47,509 nucleotides of DNA from a virus (lineage: Duplodnaviria > Caudoviricetes), in the IMG/VR virus record IMGVR_UViG_3300011423_000002, positions 1 to 47,509 of that record; one strand, 5' to 3'. The stretch's first letter is position 1. Every line of letters begins with the position of its first letter. A model generated the notes under the pieces. It saw nothing but the letters and a program-made list of their open reading frames with translations, was not told the origin of the DNA and ran no database searches. Shown here one piece after another: positions 35,983 to 43,566 of the stretch. The position numbers were made by a program, and so were the translations under genes.

Positions 35983-36200
35983 CCAAACAATTGGATGTGT
36001 GTGAATTTTTTTTTTTTTCACACACTTGCACACTCTTGCATGGGGGTGCATACCCCTGCACAATGGGTCCCATCATAGCGGAGCTGAGGGGCTACATCCT
36101 AATCAAACGTGATATTCAAAGTCTATAAAGTAGGTACCATATTTAGATACTATACTACATGTATCCAGTATATAAAAAGAGGATGGCACGAAAATAGGAC

Positions 36201-36229
36201 TTGACAATTGGCCGGAGTCGTGAGACAAT
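36201..36229 (+). promoter_or_regulatory. Sigma70-type promoter of packaging/late operon
   Basis: TTGACA-17-GACAAT with extended TG; same -10 region as 32692 promoter. Confidence 0.7.
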
Positions 36230-36280
36230 TCCCCCTGTCGGGGAAGCTCCGCCGGAAGTAATTTGTGGGAGATGTATACG

Positions 36281-36832
36281 ATGGCTATAGGTATCGTATC
36301 AGATGCCGACTTTGAACGAGAACTGGGTAATGTTCTGCCTACTAAGCCACAGATTATAGAACTACCTCACAAAGGTAGATCTGATGGGGATGTCAACGTA
36401 CCTGAGAGCTTAAGAAAGATTATAGGTGAAGATGCTGTACTGAATGGATCGAAATCTGCAATAGCCCTAGCAGAATCATTGGGCATCAGCAAGTCTAGTG
36501 TAAGTGCTTATAAGAATGGCGCCACAAGCACTACATCCTACCATAATCCCTCTCAAGCAATAATCGGTCATATCAACAAATCTAGAGCGCGTGCTACGAA
36601 GCGTGCAGGTAAAACACTGAACGCGGCGTTAGCCGCAATTACTCAAGAGAAGTTAGATTATACCGATGCTAAAGATCTGGCAGCTATTGCCAAAAACATG
36701 AGTGGTATCATCAAGGATCTTGAGCCTCCTCAATCTAATGAGGATGGTTCAATTCAGAAACCACAATTTGTTGTGTATGCACCCACGTTCAGGGATGAGA
36801 GATCATACGACTCGATCACTGTAAGTGAGTGA
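36281..36832 (+). CDS. HTH protein, terminase small subunit candidate
   Basis: AIALAESLGISKSSVSAYK helix-turn-helix, helical core, C-terminal beta strand (QFVVYAP); heads the packaging operon. Confidence 0.55.
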   Translation: MAIGIVSDADFERELGNVLPTKPQIIELPHKGRSDGDVNVPESLRKIIGEDAVLNGSKSAIALAESLGISKSSVSAYKNGATSTTSYHNPSQAIIGHINKSRARATKRAGKTLNAALAAITQEKLDYTDAKDLAAIAKNMSGIIKDLEPPQSNEDGSIQKPQFVVYAPTFRDERSYDSITVSE

Positions 36833-36923
36833 TAGAGTTGTGTTCAGTGTACTGGGTGCGATCGCTGTGATAGCACTACTAATCCTTGTGTTCGATGCCA
36901 TGTTCCCTCGTCGCCGGGATTAG
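36825..36923 (+). CDS. 32-aa single-pass membrane peptide (not in ORF track)
   Basis: MSDRVVFSVLGAIAVIALLILVFDAMFPRRRD; GTG start overlapping upstream stop. Confidence 0.45.
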   Translation: MSDRVVFSVLGAIAVIALLILVFDAMFPRRRD

Positions 36924-36949
36924 ATTCACTCAGATAAGAGGAGATAGAA

Positions 36950-37522
36950 ATGCCAGAGCCATATGTCACGCCCACACCCACGCCAAAGACTCCGCCCCCG
37001 ACAGTGAAGCTTGCTAAGACGCGTGTACACGTCGATACATTCAGTCCACAGCTAGTGGAACCAGTCACTCCGGTCACTCTCACTGGTGAACAGTTGATGT
37101 ATCTGACTAGACTACTTGAAGTCACTTCGTCAGATCGTCAATTCGCTGCGAAAGCACTGAAGACTATCGTGTACATTCTCAATCCACCTGCTGGAGCTGT
37201 GTTAACTTCGTTAACACCTTCAAGTGCTGCACTAGGAAGTCCTTCGTTCACACTCCATGTTGTAGGTACAGGATTTGATTCTGCATCGAAAATCTACTTC
37301 AATGGCGGAGAAGAAACTACCACATTCGTATCAGCTACCGAACTCACTACAGGTGTGGATATGTCAACTGCTGGCGCGGCGGTCGAAGTGCCTGTCGTAG
37401 TCGAAGGTGGTAATGGCGCGGCATCGAATGAACTCAAGTTCACATTCACTCCTGCTGCTGGCGTACTTTCCACACAGAAGTCACCTGAAGTGAAGACATT
37501 CACTGAGCCTGTAAAGAAGTAG
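36950..37522 (+). CDS. Ig-like IPT/TIG-domain protein
   Basis: LTSLTPSS...LHVVGTGF...IYFNG...TTFVSATELT...SNELKFTF; GAGGAG RBS. Confidence 0.8.
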   Translation: MPEPYVTPTPTPKTPPPTVKLAKTRVHVDTFSPQLVEPVTPVTLTGEQLMYLTRLLEVTSSDRQFAAKALKTIVYILNPPAGAVLTSLTPSSAALGSPSFTLHVVGTGFDSASKIYFNGGEETTTFVSATELTTGVDMSTAGAAVEVPVVVEGGNGAASNELKFTFTPAAGVLSTQKSPEVKTFTEPVKK

Positions 37523-37575
37523 GGCCGCAAGGCGGCCCGCGTCTGTGACTCGTGATAGATGGAATGGAGTGAAAC

Positions 37576-37812
37576 ATGCCACAATCAATTCCTATAGGTC
37601 CAGTCACTCCACTTACTCAGAATGTAGTATACGCCCTGCCGTCGAAGCGTGTATTACTATTTACTGACGGTACTACGCCCACCCTCCAACAGTCCAATAC
37701 ATCGGATTTCACTGCTAATGTCGCTGTCACTCTAGTCGGTGGACAGATTGAAGTAGCTGGTGGATTCATTCGGTGTACTTCCGGTAACGTAAATGTACGC
37801 GCGGTCGCCTAA
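37576..37812 (+). CDS. Small beta-rich protein
   Basis: GGAG RBS. Confidence 0.7.
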   Translation: MPQSIPIGPVTPLTQNVVYALPSKRVLLFTDGTTPTLQQSNTSDFTANVAVTLVGGQIEVAGGFIRCTSGNVNVRAVA

Positions 37813-37821
37813 CATATTCAA

Positions 37822-39366
37822 ATGAGTACCAATCACATCGATGTGGTGAAGCGAGTAGATGCGGCCTATCCCCATCTGCTCATTCACAATACTAAGTCGG
37901 CGTGTGGTGAATTCCTTCAGCGTGTTGTAGCTGAACCGGAGATGCGCGCTGAGCACTGGGGTCTACTCACTAAGCCTAATCCTGGTGACGACAATAATCC
38001 ACAAGGATATACGTTCCCTAATGGAATCAAGTGCTCATATGATTACGTCGCACTGCCTAATGGTGAGCGTGTAGACATCATTGGGAGTGGTGGGGGATAT
38101 CCTGACTTTCAGGGTGGTCCATCATGGGCACCTGCTGCCGAGCATGAGTGGCGTCCATCAGATGTGTACATCGATGTGAGTGGATGGCCTCTATTCATAT
38201 CAGATGCGCCCACCGATGCCGTGGTCAGTCCAATTGAAGTGGGGTTCGGTTGGTTCTGTATGATGACTGCATTAGCTGAGTGGCCTGATGAGGCCAAAGC
38301 TAATATGGATTGGATTCTGAAGAATATCAATCCATCATCATTCAGAGTCATGCTAGCAGTTGAGGGTGAATCGCACGGATCGCCGGATGTATGGCGTGAC
38401 GCGGGCGTGTTCATTCACAAAGATTGGGATAATCGCTATCGCAAGATGCAGGAGTGGATCAAATCATTCGGTAAGAAACTTCATGCAACATTCTATGGTG
38501 GACGTAATCAGACCCCTACTGAATCGAGTCGTAATGAATTTCATGGTAGAGTAATTAGACAGACGGATTGGGATGTAGTGAGATCATTCGAGTGTGCTAA
38601 TGAATTCAAAGTAAATAAGTGGACTCCTGCTGAAGTTCGTTCGATGGGCCGTGATATACGTAGTAAATTACCTGCCGGATTCAAACTATCACTGAGTTCA
38701 CCTGATGCGGCCCACGGCGGGATGGGAGCTAATCCGACTAATGAGCAGATGCAGGAATCTGCTGATGAATTGTATGGTGGCGATGATAATGCTGGCGCTA
38801 CCGAGATGACGATTCATACGATGCGCGGCGATCCCCATAATAAGTGGGCTAATCCTTCCTCATTCAATTTCCTCTACCCAAAATTAAAGAAGATCAATAA
38901 TGAGCCTCCTGGACCGGGATCATCAGCAGGTGGGATGTATACCACTGGTGCAGATGTAGAACGTGACTTGAGTGCTACTAAGAATGCTGGCTGGCCTCTG
39001 TATATGGGTCATTCAGAGTGGTCAGTGTGGAACGGTCATCTACCACAGGAATATTACAACGGATGGCGTGAAATCAGAATGATCTGGGATCTGCCCAATA
39101 TGGTGGAATGCGCCGCTGTAATGAAGTCCTATTCTGGAGATTCAGACATGGCACATCAGCCACATCCATACGAGCAAGATAAGGTCAGTCAATTACGCGG
39201 ACTGTTAGAAGATGATTACGGTTATGCAGGTAGATTAGTCGATGGCGGTATCATCGATTGGTCTGAACAGACTTTCAATGATTACTACAATGGAATGACG
39301 TGGGAAGATTCAGTCACCAAGCATCGTGCTGAGTGGTGTGCTGCACTCGGTATTCCTGTACATTAA
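37822..39366 (+). CDS. Multidomain protein with GH-A-clan-like TIM-barrel glycoside hydrolase; lysin candidate
   Basis: FRVML, FECANEF (acid/base-like NE), IHTMR, INNEP (nucleophile-like); no other lysin visible. Confidence 0.5.
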   Translation: MSTNHIDVVKRVDAAYPHLLIHNTKSACGEFLQRVVAEPEMRAEHWGLLTKPNPGDDNNPQGYTFPNGIKCSYDYVALPNGERVDIIGSGGGYPDFQGGPSWAPAAEHEWRPSDVYIDVSGWPLFISDAPTDAVVSPIEVGFGWFCMMTALAEWPDEAKANMDWILKNINPSSFRVMLAVEGESHGSPDVWRDAGVFIHKDWDNRYRKMQEWIKSFGKKLHATFYGGRNQTPTESSRNEFHGRVIRQTDWDVVRSFECANEFKVNKWTPAEVRSMGRDIRSKLPAGFKLSLSSPDAAHGGMGANPTNEQMQESADELYGGDDNAGATEMTIHTMRGDPHNKWANPSSFNFLYPKLKKINNEPPGPGSSAGGMYTTGADVERDLSATKNAGWPLYMGHSEWSVWNGHLPQEYYNGWREIRMIWDLPNMVECAAVMKSYSGDSDMAHQPHPYEQDKVSQLRGLLEDDYGYAGRLVDGGIIDWSEQTFNDYYNGMTWEDSVTKHRAEWCAALGIPVH

Positions 39367-39384
39367 ACTGATAGGAGAATTAAC

Positions 39385-39549
39385 ATGATTACTTGGGCTA
39401 AAGTGATTAGTTTACACTGGGAAGAAAAGAAGGAAGCTATTCAAGAAGCTACATTAGAAGTAGAACATGAGGATGGAAAAAGACAATTATTTGTGATTCC
39501 TATCTTACGAATGACTGATAAGATAGGTAAAAATAATGGAAAGAAATGA
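39385..39549 (+). CDS. 54-aa hypothetical protein (not in ORF track)
   Basis: AGGAG RBS; MITWAKVISLHW... Confidence 0.6.
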   Translation: MITWAKVISLHWEEKKEAIQEATLEVEHEDGKRQLFVIPILRMTDKIGKNNGKK

Positions 39550-41164
39550 GTGGAAGCCTTCACCAAAACAGGCTGAATTTCTATCAGTTCCATTCAGTGT
39601 AAAGGAAGCATTATATGGGGGAGGGGCCGGTTCAGGTAAGTCTGACTTGCTTCTACTCTATGGGATCGTACACAGGCTCCATGAGAATCCAGAGTTTAAG
39701 CAAGTATTCCAAAGACGTACATTTCCTGAATTAAGGAATGAGATAGTTCCTAGATCCAGAGAGTTGTACCGTAGGTTTGGTGCTACGTTTAATAAGACTG
39801 ATATGTGTTGGACTTTTCCACGTCCGGACCAACACGGCGCAGCCGGGTTCACTAAGGGAAATGAGGGAGCCTTAATATTTTTAGGTCACTGTGAGAATGA
39901 AGATGATGTCCATCAATACGATTCGATGCAGATTAATCTCTATACTCCGGACGAACTTACCTCGTTTACAGAATGGATATATCTTTACATCGGATTTGAA
40001 CGAACAAGAGCTAGAAAAGGTAGCGGATTGCCTGCGATTATTAGGGCAGCAGGAATGCCGGGAGGAATCGGCCACACATGGACATACAAGAGGCTAATTA
40101 AGCCATGTCCAGAAGGTGGAAAGATTCTAATAGGGAAAGGTGGTAACAAAAGATATTACGTTCACGCGACTCAGGCTGATAATCCTCATGTAGATCCCAC
40201 TTATGCTCAATCACTAGATGCGCTCCCTGATGCTGAGAGAAAAGCGAAGAAATTCGGTGATTGGAATGCGTATCAGGGGCAGGTATTCGATGAATTTCGA
40301 GATAGACACTACCATGATGAGCCGGATAATGCAATTCATGTCTGTCCGGCATTTGATATTCCTGAATGGTGGCCTCGTTTAGTAATTGGTGACTGGGGAT
40401 TCGCTGCAATGACCTGGATAGGTTATGTTGCAGTCAGTCCGATGAAGCGTATTTATATCTATCGCGAGCAACATTGGATTAAAACGAAGATAGCAGAATG
40501 GGCACCATTCGTAAAACAAAATATTGATAGAGAATCACCGAAATTAATTAGATTTTGTAAGAGTGCCGGGCAGGATCGTGGTCAAGAACACACTATTCAG
40601 CAACAAATTGAGGAAGAATTAGGTACTCCGATTGAATTAACTGAAAATAGTCCGGGTAGTAGAGTAGCTGGCAAGATTCTAATACATGAATATCTGAGAT
40701 GGAAGCAACGTTTCGTTCCAGAAGCTGAGATTCCTAAATACGATGAAGAACAAGCGATGTGGATTCTTCGTAATAAGGGATTAGAGTATTACAAGTCGTA
40801 CATGAATACATTGAATCCTCCTGAGCCGGAGATTAATATACCGAAATTGCAGATATTCGAGGGATGCGCGCCGATTCTAATTGAAGCCATCAAAGCATGT
40901 TCATATGATAAGCCGAAAAAGAACAAACCCGCTGAAGATATTGCAGAATTTGAAGGGGACGACCCAATCGACGGATTGAGATACATAGTAGATGCTGCTG
41001 AGGCGTACTTTGATGATGCTAATGAGGAATTCAAGAAGATACAGAGACAAGAAGCATTAATTCAGCAATTAACCGAGACTAGGGACTGGACTGGATTCTA
41101 TCGTAAGTCAGAGAAGATGGAATCTGACAATACAATCAAACCAGTAGCGAGGTATAGGCATTGA
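39536..41164 (+). CDS. terL: Terminase large subunit
   Basis: PKQ, YGGGAGSGKS Walker A, RRTFPEL, DELTSF Walker B, AGMPGGIGH, DNPH, GDWG and DDPIDGLRY nuclease motifs. Confidence 0.95.
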   Translation: MERNEWKPSPKQAEFLSVPFSVKEALYGGGAGSGKSDLLLLYGIVHRLHENPEFKQVFQRRTFPELRNEIVPRSRELYRRFGATFNKTDMCWTFPRPDQHGAAGFTKGNEGALIFLGHCENEDDVHQYDSMQINLYTPDELTSFTEWIYLYIGFERTRARKGSGLPAIIRAAGMPGGIGHTWTYKRLIKPCPEGGKILIGKGGNKRYYVHATQADNPHVDPTYAQSLDALPDAERKAKKFGDWNAYQGQVFDEFRDRHYHDEPDNAIHVCPAFDIPEWWPRLVIGDWGFAAMTWIGYVAVSPMKRIYIYREQHWIKTKIAEWAPFVKQNIDRESPKLIRFCKSAGQDRGQEHTIQQQIEEELGTPIELTENSPGSRVAGKILIHEYLRWKQRFVPEAEIPKYDEEQAMWILRNKGLEYYKSYMNTLNPPEPEINIPKLQIFEGCAPILIEAIKACSYDKPKKNKPAEDIAEFEGDDPIDGLRYIVDAAEAYFDDANEEFKKIQRQEALIQQLTETRDWTGFYRKSEKMESDNTIKPVARYRH

Positions 41165-41493
41165 TAGGTCAACTCTTTAGAAAGTGGTTCGGGCTGCCTC
41201 TGGACCCATGTGCTGCATGTGAGATTCTTAGCACACAGCTTGCCGCAAGCGAGCGTGAACGTAAAGAATTACTCACACGTTTACTGGATAAAGATAAGTC
41301 CGAGCCACCCTCTAAGGAGTTTGAACAAATTAAGCCTGTTGGAGTACAGCATATTCCGTGGCGCGTGCGTCAACAGATGCTCGAAGAATCAGATCGTGAG
41401 AAAGCTAGACTCATGCGGGCTAAATCGGAAGAAATGAAGCCCGCTATCGAGGAGCTAGAGAAAGAATTAGGATTGAAAGAGGAAGCACAATGA
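41161..41493 (+). CDS. Coiled-coil hypothetical protein
   Basis: TTG start overlapping terL stop; CAAC. Confidence 0.7.
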   Translation: MIGQLFRKWFGLPLDPCAACEILSTQLAASERERKELLTRLLDKDKSEPPSKEFEQIKPVGVQHIPWRVRQQMLEESDREKARLMRAKSEEMKPAIEELEKELGLKEEAQ

Positions 41494-41663
41494 TTACTCT
41501 TATCCTTACAATCGCCGTAGTGGGATTCATTGTGTGGGCTATCATTACGTATGTTCCAATGCCTCCACTTTTTTCCAATGTAATCATTGTAATCGCTGTG
41601 ATTCTTCTGCTCTTGTATGTACTGAGTGCCTTTGGAGTCGCAGACATTCCAATCCGTCGTTGA
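41490..41663 (+). CDS. 57-aa two-TM membrane protein (Thivi_2564-like), holin candidate (not in ORF track)
   Basis: MITLILTIAVVGFIVWAIITYVPMPP...IVIAVILLLLYVLSAFG; ATGA coupling. Confidence 0.65.
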   Translation: MITLILTIAVVGFIVWAIITYVPMPPLFSNVIIVIAVILLLLYVLSAFGVADIPIRR

Positions 41664-41702
41664 TTCATTCACCGTGATGAATGTAGAGAAAGTAGCATAA
41701 AA

Positions 41703-43103
41703 ATGGGCTTCTGGGGCAAGCTGGGCAAGATTGCGTTGAAGGCTGCACCCATAGCAGCGGCATTCATTCCCGGTGTAGGCCCTCTGGCTAGCATGGCTAT
41801 ATCTGGTGCCGCTAACACAGCTTCAAAGAAGCTCGAAGGGGGTAGCTGGAAGCAGGCGTTAGGTGCTGGAGCTATGGGTGCTGGAACTAGTGCATTAGGT
41901 AGTGCATTAAGTGGGGCTAAACTAAAGGATCTGGGTAAACTTACTTCAGTTAAAGGTGCGCCCCTCACCGGGATGCAGAAATTAGGTAAAGGAATTACGG
42001 CGGGATTAGGTGGGCTGGATGTAGCTAGGAGCGTAATGGCACAACCTAGTGGTAGTAATAAATCAATCGGTCCATCATCTGAACCACAATACAATGAACC
42101 TAATGGACAGGCATACAGTGGCAGGATGAGTGGCGGTGGAGCTAGAAATAGTTATCAGGGTCCGGCGCGCAATACCAATAGGGGAGCTGGCCCTAGAGGA
42201 TTACCATATGGTACGGGTGCCGGGCAGACACCAGATCTAGGTGCGGCATTCAATACTGGGCGTAATGCAGCCTTATTAAATCAGCAAGATATACGGCGTG
42301 GCTCTCCTCCTATTCAATTCCTGAATGAAGAAACTGGAATGATGGAAGACATGCCCGGCGGCGGCCTACCACCCATTTACCCAAATCTCGAACCACCGGA
42401 AGGAAATAACATGTTTGGAGCAGCATTAGGCGGAATGATGGGTATTGGTGGTGGACGACAGGGCCAAGTTTCACGTGGTCCCAATGGTATGCATCAATAT
42501 CAACCTGGGATGGGTGGTGGGATGAAGCCTCCGGGTGGTGGTATTGGCCCATCACAGCCACCTATGGGTGCAATGCGTGGAGCAATGGGTGGTGGTGCTC
42601 CTGGTCCCATGCGTGGAATGGGTGGACAAGGGAATAATCTTTATACAGGTGGTGGTCAGCGTGGTGGTGGTGCCATGCAGGGTTTGGGTGGTGGAATGGG
42701 TGGTGGTAGTCAGTACAATGCACCGGGAATGGGTCAATTCAATCCTGGTATGGCTATGGGCCGTCAGCGTGGTGGATTAGGTGTGGGTCCATCACAACCA
42801 CCTATGGAAGTACAGCCAGCACAACCTATGGAAGATTTGGGTGGACCCCCCGAAATGGGTCAGAAAATCGATGTAGAGAAGCCACCGATGGAGATGGGCA
42901 TGGGAATCGGTCCATCAGATAAGCCCATGTGGAATAAGCCCATGATGAATAATCAGATGGGATTCAATCCACAGATGCAGCAGCCACAGATGCAGATGTT
43001 CGGTGGGAGAGGTCAGATGGACCCCTACATGCAGATGCAGCAAAATAGGCTGATGAATCAGCGTCAAGGAATGATGGGTGGCGGTCAGCCACAGATGTAC
43101 TAA
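41703..43103 (+). CDS. Gly/Met/Gln/Pro low-complexity protein with amphipathic N-terminus
   Basis: MGFWGKLGKIALKAAPIAAAFIPGVG; repeats IGPSQPPM. Confidence 0.75.
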   Translation: MGFWGKLGKIALKAAPIAAAFIPGVGPLASMAISGAANTASKKLEGGSWKQALGAGAMGAGTSALGSALSGAKLKDLGKLTSVKGAPLTGMQKLGKGITAGLGGLDVARSVMAQPSGSNKSIGPSSEPQYNEPNGQAYSGRMSGGGARNSYQGPARNTNRGAGPRGLPYGTGAGQTPDLGAAFNTGRNAALLNQQDIRRGSPPIQFLNEETGMMEDMPGGGLPPIYPNLEPPEGNNMFGAALGGMMGIGGGRQGQVSRGPNGMHQYQPGMGGGMKPPGGGIGPSQPPMGAMRGAMGGGAPGPMRGMGGQGNNLYTGGGQRGGGAMQGLGGGMGGGSQYNAPGMGQFNPGMAMGRQRGGLGVGPSQPPMEVQPAQPMEDLGGPPEMGQKIDVEKPPMEMGMGIGPSDKPMWNKPMMNNQMGFNPQMQQPQMQMFGGRGQMDPYMQMQQNRLMNQRQGMMGGGQPQMY

Positions 43104-43104
43104 A

Positions 43105-43566
43105 ATGATAAACATTACTAGAGAGAATTTGTGTTGGTTAGCTGGCTTGCTAGAAGGGGAGGGGTGTTTCAATTGGAGCAAAGCCGGTTCTCCACTAATT
43201 AGTATTGCTATGACTGATTTGGATGTAATTGAAAAAGTTCGAGATTTAATTCATCCTACTGCTCAAATTTATAGTGTCCAAAAGAATGATAAATGTAAAG
43301 TTATTTACAGATTCAAGACATATGGAATTAATTCAATAGAATGGATGAAATTACTCTATCCTTTAATGGGATTAAGAAGGCGAGAAAAGATAACTGAAAT
43401 TCTAAATCTTTGGGAAAATAAGAAACCACTAGGATTAGGTGGAAAAATGACTAGAAATATGCAAAATAATGCAATTAAAGCAGTTGCTATTAGTAAGAAT
43501 ATTTCTTATGAAGAAGCGAAATCATTTCTTTTGTCTACACTTGTAGAAAGTGAGGAAAAGAAATGA
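43105..43566 (+). CDS. Free-standing LAGLIDADG homing endonuclease
   Basis: LCWLAGLLEGEGCF, IAMTDLDVIEKV, LYPLMGLRRREKI; AT-rich. Confidence 0.85.
   Translation: MINITRENLCWLAGLLEGEGCFNWSKAGSPLISIAMTDLDVIEKVRDLIHPTAQIYSVQKNDKCKVIYRFKTYGINSIEWMKLLYPLMGLRRREKITEILNLWENKKPLGLGGKMTRNMQNNAIKAVAISKNISYEEAKSFLLSTLVESEEKK

Noticed and set aside
36281-36832. Lysogeny repressor
   Set aside because: No integrase or peptidase domain; position and architecture fit a small terminase better
37522-37538. GGGCCGC-AAG-GCGGCCC as a terminator
   Set aside because: No U-tract; at most a stability or pause hairpin
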